Assembly: GCA_965208575.1 (NCBI GenBank)
Contig: CBDBOV010000006.1
Coordinates: 128,001-192,000 of the forward strand
Source of the DNA: Spirochaetia bacterium
GTDB taxonomy: Bacteria > Spirochaetota > Spirochaetia > SZUA-6 > Bin103
Direction: 5' to 3'
Length of the DNA: 64,000 nucleotides
Part shown: piece by piece, positions 43,119 through 53,204 of the stretch
Layout of the letters: the number at the start of each line of letters is the position of its first letter
Numbering within the stretch: the first letter of the stretch is position 1
The notes under the pieces: generated by a model
What the model saw: only the letters and a program-made list of their open reading frames with translations
Databases searched by the model: none
Told to the model about the DNA's origin: nothing
Translations under genes and position numbers: made by a program

Positions 43119-43583
43119 GTGATGGATGATCACGGGCCGGTCAGTTTCACGGAAACGCCGATGCCAGATGATCGGGACGTGACGCTCGCCGCGCGCACGA
43201 GCCGGAAGCTTGCGGCGCTGAACGACAGCTCCGAGCCGGTACCGGTACGGTTCGGGATAGTCGAGACGGAGACCGTACACCTTCCCGCTCCGGCGATGCG
43301 GCTTCTCCGCGAAATCCTGGACCAGATGGCGCGCGGCCATGGGGTGGCGCTGGCACCCGTCCATGCCGAGTTGACCACACGGCAGGCTGCGAATCTCCTG
43401 CAAGTGTCGCGGACTCATCTGGTGCAACTGCTCGATGAAGGAAAAATCCCCTGTCGGAAAGTGGGTTCGCACCGGCGCGTGCGAACCCAGGATATCATCG
43501 CCTATCGTCGTGACACCCAGTCTCACCGGCGGGACGCGCTGAACGAGTTGACTGCACATGATCAAGAGCTCGGTCTGCAGTAG
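43119..43583 (+). CDS. Excisionase-like HTH_17 DNA-binding protein (antitoxin partner of PIN)
   Basis: AELTTRQAANLLQVSRTHLVQLLDEGKIP..KVGSHRRV. Confidence 0.9.
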   Translation: MMDDHGPVSFTETPMPDDRDVTLAARTSRKLAALNDSSEPVPVRFGIVETETVHLPAPAMRLLREILDQMARGHGVALAPVHAELTTRQAANLLQVSRTHLVQLLDEGKIPCRKVGSHRRVRTQDIIAYRRDTQSHRRDALNELTAHDQELGLQ

Positions 43584-43586
43584 CGA

Positions 43587-44156
43587 ATGCAGCACTGGAC
43601 GGCGCTGCTCGACGCCAATGTCTTGTACCAGGCGGGCGTCCGGGACATCTTGCTGCGCTTGGCGGATCGGGGCCTGTTCACACCGCTGTGGACGGCACAG
43701 ATCCATGACGAGTGGATCAGAAACCTTATCTCGGACCGCCCGGATCTGACCGCCGCCAAGCTGCAGCGAACAAGGTCGAAGATGGACGAGTACTTCCCCG
43801 AGGCCCTGTTCACCGGCTACGAAAGCCTCATACCAGGGCTTGATCTCCCCGACCCGAGAGACCGCCACGTCCTGGCGGCTGCGATCCGCGCCCGAGCCGA
43901 CGTGATTGTAACCCGGAATCTGCGTGACTTTCCGGCGGACAGATTGACCCCGCACGGGCTGCTGGCGCAGCATCCCGACGAGTTCATCATGGGCCTCCTC
44001 GATGCACGGCATGAAGAGGTGCTCGCTGCGGTTCGCGACCATCGTACCGCGTTGAGAAATCCACCGCGATCGCCTGAGGAGCATTTGGCGGCGCTTGAGA
44101 GCCTCGGCTTGGCGCGGTCCGTCTCCATGCTGCGCGATTACATGGACACAATATAG
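43587..44156 (+). CDS. PIN-domain protein (PIN_3/VapC50-like)
   Basis: ALLDANVLY, LPDPRDRHVLAAAI, IVTRNLRDFP. Confidence 0.92.
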   Translation: MQHWTALLDANVLYQAGVRDILLRLADRGLFTPLWTAQIHDEWIRNLISDRPDLTAAKLQRTRSKMDEYFPEALFTGYESLIPGLDLPDPRDRHVLAAAIRARADVIVTRNLRDFPADRLTPHGLLAQHPDEFIMGLLDARHEEVLAAVRDHRTALRNPPRSPEEHLAALESLGLARSVSMLRDYMDTI

Positions 44157-44278
44157 CCCGCGAATCCGGCGGCACGCACCGGCACGCCTTCACGGACCGC
44201 GATATCGGGTACGCGCGCGACCCTGCCGCCGGGCGCCTCGCCGCTCTCGGTACGACGCCCACCGCGGTGGAAGGCCGT

Positions 44279-44803
44279 TGCTCGAAACGCGCGGTTGACA
44301 GGCTGCGGCGGGCGGTGCATGGTGATCATTCAAGGTTCGGACTCGTGCGGACGATGCGTAACCATAGCACTCAGCGCTGCTACCAGTTGACGCAACCGGT
44401 ACGCCCCCCCCCAGCATCGGTCGCGTAAATCTTTCAAGCGTAAACAGTAACACCAACCACCGGGCCGCGTTATCGAGCGCCTGCGCGCGCGTCGAACACC
44501 GCAGACCCCTTCCCGCCATCTCCAATCCCCCGGCGTTGCCGGACATGGGAACAAGCCACCGGCGAGCCGCCGCTACGCCTCCAATTGGCGTGCGCCTGCG
44601 ACCGTCCGGTCCGCGTACGAGGGGGTGCACGTGAAGAAGTAATCCACACCGCGGGTCGCGGTCGACGCCGTGGCCAACTCGAAGCTGTCGCCCTCGTCGG
44701 AATCGCCCGCGCCGCACACGGCGCGGACCGGCACGCACGCCACGAGAGCAGGCGAGGGAGCGGCACTGAAGTGCGTGTTCTCGAAAACAGAGGAGATCAA
44801 TTC
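44279..44803 (+). promoter_or_regulatory. Conserved ~520-nt SBP leader, copy A
   Basis: TTGACA(44295)-17-CATGGT; C9 tract at 44404-44412; highly similar to 49797-50320. Confidence 0.8.
44354..44428 (+). CDS. Putative leader peptide MRNHSTQRCYQLTQPVRPPPASVA
   Basis: Frame preserved between leader copies although the poly-C length differs; weak RBS. Confidence 0.4.
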   Translation: MRNHSTQRCYQLTQPVRPPPASVA

Positions 44804-46612
44804 ATGAACCTTGTCACGTTCAGAACGTGCCTCGCCGTGCTGGCGAGCCTGGCCATTGCCGCAACCGGCGCCTGGGCCGGCGGCGAAGAGGAGCAGCCGG
44901 CCGCGGCGATGGAGAAGGAGATGGTGCTCGATCCGACGACCGGCAAGATGGTGTCCGCGCCGGAGTACGGCGGGACACTGACCTTCGCCGTCAAGCTGGA
45001 GCCGCCGAGCGCTGACCCCATGTTCGGCAGTGGGGCGGCGCGGGGGCCCGATGGCGTTACCGAGAAGCTGGGCATGGTCAACTGGGGAATCGACAGGAGC
45101 GTGAATGACCTCACCAGTGCGTTCTTCTACTTGCCTCTGTCTATCCTGACAGGACGCCTGGCGGAAAGCTGGGAAACGCCGGACGCCACCACGATGGTCT
45201 TCAACATCCGCCAGGGTGTTCGTTGGCACGATAAGGAACCGATGAACGGTCGCGAGTTCACTGCCCAAGATGTCGAGTATAACTTCCACCGTATGACAGG
45301 AAGTGGCAGCGGCTTCAGCGAACCCCCTGGAGGCTTCGCTGGCGAGATCGCCACTGCCATTCCATTCGAATCGATCACGGCCACCGACAAGCACACTGTT
45401 GTGATGAAGCTGGAACGACCAACCGTCGGGGCGCTATCGACGATCCTCACCAACTATGCGGTCTTTATCATGCCCCCCGAGGTAATCAGGCAACACGGCG
45501 ACGTGAAGGACTGGAGGAACCTGGTCGGCACCGGGCCCTTTATGATGACGGACTGGGTGGACGGCAGCTCGCAGACCTGGATCAGGAATCCGGACTACTG
45601 GGGCTTCGACGAAAAATACCCACAGAATCGGCTCCCCTATTTCGACGGCTTGAATGGTCTGATCATGAAAGAAGACGCCACTATTCTGGCGGCGCTGCGC
45701 TCCGGTCAGTTGGATTACGTCGGTCTGACTGGCGCCGCCGAAATGATCTATACCGCCCAGAAAGAGAATCTCGAGGGGACCAATCCCGACATGGCATTCT
45801 ACCCGTATGGGGCTCGCTCGGAAAATGCTTTCGCTTTCAACATGGGCGCGGACAACCCGCTCACCAAAGACGTGAGGGTGCGCCAGGCGATGCAGATGGC
45901 ACTCGACCTCGAGACGATGAACGATACCTACTTCAAGGGAGTATCCAAGTGGGTGCCCATGGGCTTGGTGGGCCCTGCCGTCGGCGGGACGCCCTTTGAA
46001 GAGTGGCCCGAAGAGGTCAGGAAAACCTTTATGTATGACCCGGAAGGGGCCGAAGCGTTGCTCGACGCGGCTGGATATCCGCGCGGCGGCGACGGCATGA
46101 GATTCGAGGTCGCGCTGGAACACTACGAGATGTTCGACGTCGACTATACGCAATTGGCTGCCGCCTACTGGAAGGAGATCGGCGTTGACGTGCAGATTAC
46201 TGTAGCGGAACGAAGTGCACACATGGCTCACATACGCGAACATTCGTACGGAGACATGGCCTCCTGGATTGCTGGCGTCGAGTATCTTTCTCCCGCCATC
46301 CCGGTAGCCTGGGGTTACTCGGAGTCAGCATGGAACCCTCCGAACCTCAACGACCCGGAATACGACCGCCTGTATGAAGCCGCCCGCGACGCTGCAACCG
46401 AGGAGGAGCAGCTGCGGTGGGCCAATCTGGCGGACATGTACATGATAGAGAACCACGTGTATGTGTGGGGTCCCACAGACCCCAAGTTCAACGCGGTCCA
46501 GCCCTGGCTCAAGGGGTATAACGGTGAATCGATGTTGGGAGGCGATGACCGGGTGGCCCTGTTCTCCCGCCTCTGGTTTGACAACGATCTGATGAAAGAA
46601 ATGGGTCAGTAG
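44804..46612 (+). CDS. ABC substrate-binding protein, family 5
   Basis: RBS gaggag, signal peptide, PEYGGT, VGTGPF, NRLPY. Confidence 0.93.
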   Translation: MNLVTFRTCLAVLASLAIAATGAWAGGEEEQPAAAMEKEMVLDPTTGKMVSAPEYGGTLTFAVKLEPPSADPMFGSGAARGPDGVTEKLGMVNWGIDRSVNDLTSAFFYLPLSILTGRLAESWETPDATTMVFNIRQGVRWHDKEPMNGREFTAQDVEYNFHRMTGSGSGFSEPPGGFAGEIATAIPFESITATDKHTVVMKLERPTVGALSTILTNYAVFIMPPEVIRQHGDVKDWRNLVGTGPFMMTDWVDGSSQTWIRNPDYWGFDEKYPQNRLPYFDGLNGLIMKEDATILAALRSGQLDYVGLTGAAEMIYTAQKENLEGTNPDMAFYPYGARSENAFAFNMGADNPLTKDVRVRQAMQMALDLETMNDTYFKGVSKWVPMGLVGPAVGGTPFEEWPEEVRKTFMYDPEGAEALLDAAGYPRGGDGMRFEVALEHYEMFDVDYTQLAAAYWKEIGVDVQITVAERSAHMAHIREHSYGDMASWIAGVEYLSPAIPVAWGYSESAWNPPNLNDPEYDRLYEAARDAATEEEQLRWANLADMYMIENHVYVWGPTDPKFNAVQPWLKGYNGESMLGGDDRVALFSRLWFDNDLMKEMGQ

Positions 46613-46719
46613 GGGCCTCGCCCTTGTAGCTGCCCCAGGGAGAGCGGAGAGGCTCACGCTCAAGCCGCTTCCGAGCGCCGCTTCTCGGCTCTCCCACCCA
46701 TTTCGGCCTCCGACTGCCC

Positions 46720-47676
46720 ATGAGAGCCTATGTTATTCGGCGTTTGCTGCTCGTCATCCCTACGCTCTTCATATTGAGCGTTCTGGTCTTCCTCTCGGCC
46801 CGCTTCATCCCTGGCGACATAGTCGACACCATGGTGGCGTCAGACCAGAACCCGGCGGCTGGGGTAGACCGTGAGGCGCTTCTGCGTGCGTTGGGATTGG
46901 ACGTGCCGGTCCACGTGCAGTATGGCCGCTGGTTGCAGGGCATTATCCTGCGCGGCACCCTCGGCGACTCACTGCTCGGGAAATGGTCGGTCGAGGAAAA
47001 GATCGTGGGCAGGCTCCCGGTCACGCTGGAGCTCGGCTTCCTGGCGCTCTTGATCGGGCTGGTGCTGGGCGTGCCGATCGGCATCTGGTCGGCGATTCGC
47101 CAGGATACCACCGTTGACTACGCGGGCCGTTCGGTCGCCATCCTCGGCTTGGCCACGCCCAACTTCTGGCTCGGCATCATGGTTATGACCTATCCGGTGA
47201 TCTGGTGGGGCTGGTCGCCGCCGATGCAACTGATAGCGTTCGCCGATGACCCGCTCGGGAATCTCGAGATGTTCCTCATTCCCAGCCTGATCCTGGGGAC
47301 GGCCCTTTCGGCAGCCACCATGCGGATGACGCGCACCATGATGCTCGAGGTGCTCCGCCAGGACTATATCCGGACGGCCTGGTCCAAGGGACTGAGGGAG
47401 CGGGTCGTCGTCGTACGGCACGCCATCAAGAACGCCCTCATCCCGGTAGTGACCCTGATTGGCCTGCAGTTGCCGATCCTGGTAGGTGGCGCCGTCATCA
47501 TGGAGAACATCTTCAACCTGCCGGGCCTCGGCCGCCTGATGCTGACCGCGCTCACCGACCGCGACTACCCGGTCATCTCTGGCATAAACATGTTCTTCGC
47601 AACGGTGGTGGTGGCGATCAATCTCGTCATCGACCTGGTCTACGGCTACCTGGATCCCCGGGTCCGGTACACGTAG
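46720..47676 (+). CDS. ABC permease (OppB/DppB-like)
   Basis: MRAYVIRRLL...LDPRVRYT. Confidence 0.93.
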   Translation: MRAYVIRRLLLVIPTLFILSVLVFLSARFIPGDIVDTMVASDQNPAAGVDREALLRALGLDVPVHVQYGRWLQGIILRGTLGDSLLGKWSVEEKIVGRLPVTLELGFLALLIGLVLGVPIGIWSAIRQDTTVDYAGRSVAILGLATPNFWLGIMVMTYPVIWWGWSPPMQLIAFADDPLGNLEMFLIPSLILGTALSAATMRMTRTMMLEVLRQDYIRTAWSKGLRERVVVVRHAIKNALIPVVTLIGLQLPILVGGAVIMENIFNLPGLGRLMLTALTDRDYPVISGINMFFATVVVAINLVIDLVYGYLDPRVRYT

Positions 47677-47695
47677 CCGGGCAGAGGAACAGCGC

Positions 47696-48616
47696 ATGGG
47701 TGACGGACTGGCCCGCTTCCTGGCCCGGCTGTGGCGCGAGAAGCCGCTCGGCGCCGCCGGCGGCGTGGTCGTACTGGCCTTGATCCTGGTCGCGATCTTC
47801 GCCGACCTGCTGGCCCCCTACCCGTTCGATGCAGTGAACCTGAAAGCCCTGCTCACCCCGCCGTCAGCCGAACACCTGATGGGAACCGACCAGTTGGGGC
47901 GCGACTACTTGAGCCGCAACATCCACGGGGCTCGTATCTCCATGTTCGTGGGGCTGCTGGCGACCAGCCTCAACGTCCTCGTCGCCGTGCTGATCGGCGG
48001 CACGGCCGGGTTCTTCGGCGGCAAGCTGGACCTGATGGTGCAGCGCTTCGTCGATGCCTGGATGGCGTTTCCGGGGCTGCTGCTGTTGCTTACGATCATG
48101 TCGCTGGTGGGGCAGGGCCTGCTGCAACTGATCCTGGTGCTGGGCGTCTCGGGCGGCGTGGTGGCCTCGCGGCTGGTCCGAGCCGCTGTGATCGCGGTCA
48201 AGGAGAACGACTACCTGCAGGCGGCCACCGCCACCGGCAGCACCCGGATGGCAGCGCTGGTGCGCCACGTGCTGCCCAACGTGGCGGCGCCGATCATCGT
48301 CGTGTTCAGCATCAACATCGGCGCCGTTATCATCAGCGAGGCCAGCTTGAGCTTCCTGGGCTTCGGCCTGTCGCCCGAGATTCCGAGCTGGGGGACGCTG
48401 CTGAGCCGGGACGGCCGCAAGTACATGGAGCAGGCGCCGTGGCTGGCGCTGTGGCCCGGCCTGTGCCTGACCCTCACCGTCTACAGCCTCAACATGTTCG
48501 GCGACGCCGTCCGCGACCTGCTCGACCCGCGCCTCCGCGGCGGCGGCGGGCGCCTCGGCACCCACCGCGGCCGGGCGCCGCAGCCCGGGTCCGGTCGCCG
48601 CCGGTCGCACCGGTGA
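47696..48616 (+). CDS. ABC permease (OppC/DppC-like)
   Basis: MGTDQLGRD, RHVLPN, FGDAVRDLLDPR. Confidence 0.93.
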   Translation: MGDGLARFLARLWREKPLGAAGGVVVLALILVAIFADLLAPYPFDAVNLKALLTPPSAEHLMGTDQLGRDYLSRNIHGARISMFVGLLATSLNVLVAVLIGGTAGFFGGKLDLMVQRFVDAWMAFPGLLLLLTIMSLVGQGLLQLILVLGVSGGVVASRLVRAAVIAVKENDYLQAATATGSTRMAALVRHVLPNVAAPIIVVFSINIGAVIISEASLSFLGFGLSPEIPSWGTLLSRDGRKYMEQAPWLALWPGLCLTLTVYSLNMFGDAVRDLLDPRLRGGGGRLGTHRGRAPQPGSGRRRSHR

Positions 48617-48739
48617 GCGCACATGGCCGATCCCGACGACGCTGACCGGCCAGCGCCAATCGCACCGGTCCGCGCCAGTCTGCGCCACGTTGACGCCGTT
48701 GACATCGACTCACGTGACACCTACCGTGGCCGCCAAGCC

Positions 48740-49723
48740 ATGGCCGGCGAGGTCTCCAAGCCCCACGATCACTTGTTCCGTTCCGTGTTCGGAGAGGACA
48801 AGGAATCCGAGGCAGCCAGCCTGCTGCAAGCCTACCTGCCGCCGGCGGTGAGCCGCGAGTTGCTGTGGTCGAGCCTGGAGTGGCAGCCAGCGAGCTTCAT
48901 CGACGACCGCCTGCGCGACAGCGAATCGGACCTGCTGTACGCGATCCGGCGCAAGGCCGGCGGTGCCGCGGCGTGGCTGTATGTGCTGCTGGAGCACCAG
49001 TCGACCCCGGACCCGTGGTTGCGGCTGCGGCTGCTGAAGTACAGCATCCGGATCTGGGAACGTGACCGGCGACGGCATCCGACGGAGGACCGGTTGCGCC
49101 CGATCGTGCCGCTGGTTCTGTACCAGGGCGGGCGCGTGTGGCGAGAAGCGCGCGAGTTTGCGGAGCTGTTTTCCGAGGCGGTGCGGGATTGGCCGGGAGT
49201 GCCGCGCTACGCGCACCTGCTGATCGACCAGACACAGGCTGGACCGGAGGAGTTGCGCGGGCAGTTGCTCGGTCGCATCGCGCAACTGGCGATGATGGCG
49301 GCATACCGGGCGAGTTGGCCGGTGTTGCAGCGGCTGGTGCCGATGCTGGCGGAGTTGGCGCAGGTGGGCGACAGCGAAGACCTGCAGCGGATCGTGGTGT
49401 ACATTGCAACCACGACGCGGGAAGCGGAGCGCTGGCACAGATTCGCGGAGGCAGTACGGCGAGGGGTGCCGGGAGGTGGAGAACTGATGAACAAGACCGA
49501 GGAGATGATCGAGATCTACGGCGACAGAAGGGAGCGCGAAGGCCGTCAGGAGGGCCGCCAGGAAGGTGAATTGCGCGGCAAGGTGCAGACCATCGAGGGA
49601 TTCGTGGCACGCGATGTCCCCTGGTCCATCATCGAAGCGGCCACCGGAATCGACAAGGCCACCTTCAACCGGCTCAAGCACCGACTCGACACCGCTGACG
49701 GCGGCGGCACCCCCTCCAACTGA
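48740..49723 (+). CDS. Rpn/YhgA-like PD-(D/E)XK nuclease (Transposase_31)
   Basis: PHDHLFR, SFID..L...SDLLY, LLEHQS, IVPLVLYQG, EGRQEG tail. Confidence 0.92.
   Translation: MAGEVSKPHDHLFRSVFGEDKESEAASLLQAYLPPAVSRELLWSSLEWQPASFIDDRLRDSESDLLYAIRRKAGGAAAWLYVLLEHQSTPDPWLRLRLLKYSIRIWERDRRRHPTEDRLRPIVPLVLYQGGRVWREAREFAELFSEAVRDWPGVPRYAHLLIDQTQAGPEELRGQLLGRIAQLAMMAAYRASWPVLQRLVPMLAELAQVGDSEDLQRIVVYIATTTREAERWHRFAEAVRRGVPGGGELMNKTEEMIEIYGDRREREGRQEGRQEGELRGKVQTIEGFVARDVPWSIIEAATGIDKATFNRLKHRLDTADGGGTPSN
49487..49723 (+). CDS. Putative RpnS small antitoxin from an internal in-frame start
   Basis: gggaggtggagaactg-ATG, in frame, immediately before the EGRQEG region. Confidence 0.6.
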   Translation: MNKTEEMIEIYGDRREREGRQEGRQEGELRGKVQTIEGFVARDVPWSIIEAATGIDKATFNRLKHRLDTADGGGTPSN

Positions 49724-49796
49724 ACCAAGCCCCGCTTCCGGCAGTATGACACGAGGGTGACACAGGGGCGTCCGGTGGACAAGGCCGCCGCTAAAA

Positions 49797-50320
49797 TGCT
49801 CGAAACGCGCGGTTGACAGGCTGCGGCGGGCGGTGCATGGTGATCATTCAAGGTTCGGACTCGTGCGGACGATGCGTAACCATAGCACTCAGCGCTGCTA
49901 CCAGTTGACGCAACCGGTACGCCCCCCCCCCCCGGCATCGGTCGCGTAAATCTTTCAAGCGTAAACGGTAACACCAACCACCGGGCCCCGTTGTCGGGCG
50001 CCTCCGCGCGCGTCGAACACCGCAGACCCCTTCCCGCCATCTCCAATCCCCCGGCGTCGCCGGACATGGGAACAAGCCACCGGCGAGCCGCCGCTACGCC
50101 TGAGGTCGGCGCGTCTGCGACCGTCCGGTCCGCGTACGAGGGGGTGCACGTGATGTAATCCACGCCGCGGCCCGCGATCGACGCCGTGGTCAACTCGAAG
50201 CTGTCGCCCTCATCGGAATCGCCTGCGCCGCGCACGGCGCAGACCGGCACACACGCCACGGGAACAGGCGAGGGAGCGGCACTGAAGTGCGTGTTCTCGA
50301 AAAACACAGGAGACCAATTC
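49797..50320 (+). promoter_or_regulatory. Conserved SBP leader, copy B
   Basis: TTGACA at 49813; C12 tract at 49922-49933. Confidence 0.8.
49872..49949 (+). CDS. Putative leader peptide MRNHSTQRCYQLTQPVRPPPPASVA
   Basis: Same as 44354 with one extra Pro codon. Confidence 0.4.
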   Translation: MRNHSTQRCYQLTQPVRPPPPASVA

Positions 50321-52135
50321 ATGAATCTTGTCACATTCAGGACGTGCCTCGCCGTGCTGGCGAGCTTGGCCCTTGCCGCCACCGGCGCCTGGGCCAGTCC
50401 AGCCGCGGAAGAGGCACCGGCCGCCGCGATGGAAAAGGAGATGGTGCTTGACCCCACCACCGGCGAAATGGTGCTCGCACCTCAGTATGGCGGCACCATG
50501 ACCTTTGCCGTCCAGCGCGAACCTCCGTCGACGGATCCCCTGTTCGGCGGCGGGTCGTCACGGGGCGTCGATGGCGTTGCCGAGAAGCTGGGCATGGTCA
50601 ACTGGGGAGTCGACAGGGGCGTGTATGACCTCACCGGTGCTTTCTTTTACTTCCCTGATTCTGTCCTTACCGGTCGACTGGCGGAAAGCTGGGAAACGCC
50701 GGACCCAACGACCTTCGTCTTCCACATCCGCCCGGGCGTTCACTGGCACGATAAGGCACCAATGAATGGTCGCGAGCTAACGGCCCAGGATATCGAATAC
50801 AACTTTCACCGTGTATGGGGTTTGGGCAGCGGCTTCACCGCACCTCATGAGAGCTATTCCGGCTCACTCAACAGGATACCCGTGGAATCGGTAACGGCTA
50901 CCGATAGCAACACGGTTGCAATTAAGCTGAAGCAGCCACAGCTCGTAGCGTTGGGGACTATCCTCGTCGACCATGGTGCTTTTATTCTACCACCCGAGGT
51001 CATCCAGCAACACGGCGACCTCAAGGATTGGAGGAACCTGGTGGGCACCGGGCCCTTTATGCTGACGGACTGGGTCGACGGCAGCTCGACTACCTGGACC
51101 AGGAATCCGGACTACTGGGGCTTCGACGAGAAATTCCCGGAAAATCGCCTGCCCTATTTTGACGGGGTAAGAGCCCTGATCATGAAAGAACCCGCCACCA
51201 TTCTGGCGGCCCTGCGCTCGGCTCAGGTGGACTACGTGGGCTTTATTGGCGTCGCTGAGATGCTCTATACCGCCGACAAAGAGAGTATCGAGCGAACCAA
51301 CCCCGAAATCGTCTTCTACCCGTGGTCGGTTCGGTCGGAAAATTCGTTCGCTTTCAACATGAGCAAGGACACTCCGTTCTCGAAAGACGTCAGGGTGCGC
51401 CGAGCGATGCAGATGGCACTCGACCTCGAGGCGATGAACGACACCTACTTCAGGGGTACCGCCGAGTGGACACCTCGGGGCGTGCTCGGGGATGCCATCA
51501 TAGGGTATAACACCCCATTTGAAGAGTGGCCTGAAGAGGTCCGGAAGGGCTATACGTACGACCCGGAAGGGGCCGAGAAGCTCCTGGATGAGGCCGGATA
51601 TCCGCGCGGCGCCGACGGTATTCGAATCAAGGCTACCGAGCACCACTTCGAACATGCAGATTTCGACTATGCACAATTGGCTGCCTCCTACTGGAAGGCC
51701 ATTGGTGTTGATGTGGAGATCATCAAATCGGAAGCTGCTACTCATGGAGCTCGTCAACGCGAACATACCTACGGAGATATGATCGGTTGGATATCTGGCA
51801 TGGACTTTCTTGACCCTGTCGCAGCGCTTGGTTTGGCTTACTCGGAGGGCGGATTTAACCCATCAGGCTACAACGATCCGGAATATGACCGCCTGTATGA
51901 AGCCGCCCGAGACGCTGCCACCTTTGAGGAGCGGCAGAGGGCGGTTAAAGCGGCAGATATGTACTTCACAAAGAACCACATCTATGTATGGGGTCCTGAT
52001 GCTCCAAAGTTTAACGCGGTCCAGCCCTGGGTCAGAGGTTATGCGGGTGAACAATCGCTGGGGATGGATGACCGCATGGCCGTCTTATCCCGCCTCTGGT
52101 TTGACAACGAGTTGAAGGAGGAAATGGGGCGGTAG
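50321..52135 (+). CDS. ABC substrate-binding protein, family 5
   Basis: Close paralog of 44804; RBS caggag. Confidence 0.93.
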   Translation: MNLVTFRTCLAVLASLALAATGAWASPAAEEAPAAAMEKEMVLDPTTGEMVLAPQYGGTMTFAVQREPPSTDPLFGGGSSRGVDGVAEKLGMVNWGVDRGVYDLTGAFFYFPDSVLTGRLAESWETPDPTTFVFHIRPGVHWHDKAPMNGRELTAQDIEYNFHRVWGLGSGFTAPHESYSGSLNRIPVESVTATDSNTVAIKLKQPQLVALGTILVDHGAFILPPEVIQQHGDLKDWRNLVGTGPFMLTDWVDGSSTTWTRNPDYWGFDEKFPENRLPYFDGVRALIMKEPATILAALRSAQVDYVGFIGVAEMLYTADKESIERTNPEIVFYPWSVRSENSFAFNMSKDTPFSKDVRVRRAMQMALDLEAMNDTYFRGTAEWTPRGVLGDAIIGYNTPFEEWPEEVRKGYTYDPEGAEKLLDEAGYPRGADGIRIKATEHHFEHADFDYAQLAASYWKAIGVDVEIIKSEAATHGARQREHTYGDMIGWISGMDFLDPVAALGLAYSEGGFNPSGYNDPEYDRLYEAARDAATFEERQRAVKAADMYFTKNHIYVWGPDAPKFNAVQPWVRGYAGEQSLGMDDRMAVLSRLWFDNELKEEMGR

Positions 52136-52241
52136 GGGCCTCGCCCCTGCACAGCTGACCGCAGGGAGAGCTGGGAGGCTCACGCTTGAGCGCCGCCGCT
52201 TCTGAGCGAACTTCCCGGCTCTCCTCGATGGGGTGCATCAC

Positions 52242-53198
52242 ATGAGAGCCTATGTTATCCGGCGGCTGCTGCTCATAATCCCTACCCTGTTCATACTGAG
52301 CGTCCTGGTCTTTCTCTCGGTCCGCTTCATCCCGGGCGACATAGTGGACATGATGGTGGCGTCCAATATGAACCTAATGTACGGCGTGGACCGGGAGGTT
52401 GTTCTGCGTGCGCTGGGATTGGATGTGCCGGTCCACGTGCAGTATGGCCGCTGGTTGCGGGGTATTCTCCTGCATGGCACCCTGGGCAATTCCCTGCTGG
52501 GCGCGTGGACGGTCGAGGAGAGGATCCTGGGGAGACTGCCGGTCACGCTCGAGATCGGCGTCTTGGCGATCGTCATCGGGCTAGTGATAGGGGTGCCGAT
52601 CGGCATCTACTCGGCGGTTCGCCAGGATACAGCCGCCGACTACGTGGGGCGCACGGTCGCCATCTTCGGCCTGGCAACACCGAACTTCTGGCTGGGCATT
52701 ATGGTGATGATCTACCCGGCCATCTGGTGGGGCTGGGCGCCGCCGATGCGGCTGGTTCCTGTCACCGAAGACCTGCTGGGAAATCTCGAGATTTTCATTA
52801 TTCCCAGCCTGATCCTGGGGACGGGCCTTTCGGCAGCCACCATGCGCATGACGCGCACCATGATGCTGGAGGTGCTCCGCCAGGACTATATCCGGACCGC
52901 TTGGTCCAAGGGACTGAGGGAGCGGGTCGTCGTCGTACGGCACGCCATCAAGAATGCCCTGATTCCGGTAGTGACCCTGATTGGCCTGCAGTTGCCCATC
53001 GTGGTAGGTGGCGCCGTGATAATGGAGAACATCTTCAACCTGCCGGGCCTGGGGCGCCTGATGCTGACGGCACTCTCCGACCGCGACTACCCGGTGGTGT
53101 CGGGCATCAACCTGTTCTTCGCCACGGTGGTGGTCGCGATCAATCTGATGATCGACTTGATCTACGGCTACCTGGACCCGCGGGTCCGCTACACCTAG
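52242..53198 (+). CDS. ABC permease (OppB/DppB-like)
   Basis: Paralog of 46720. Confidence 0.93.
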   Translation: MRAYVIRRLLLIIPTLFILSVLVFLSVRFIPGDIVDMMVASNMNLMYGVDREVVLRALGLDVPVHVQYGRWLRGILLHGTLGNSLLGAWTVEERILGRLPVTLEIGVLAIVIGLVIGVPIGIYSAVRQDTAADYVGRTVAIFGLATPNFWLGIMVMIYPAIWWGWAPPMRLVPVTEDLLGNLEIFIIPSLILGTGLSAATMRMTRTMMLEVLRQDYIRTAWSKGLRERVVVVRHAIKNALIPVVTLIGLQLPIVVGGAVIMENIFNLPGLGRLMLTALSDRDYPVVSGINLFFATVVVAINLMIDLIYGYLDPRVRYT

Positions 53199-53204
53199 CC
53201 AGGT

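Noticed and set aside
44585-44803. N-terminal extensions of SBP ORFs (44585, 50186, 12911)
   Set aside because: Strong RBS and signal peptide place the starts at 44804, 50321 and 12971
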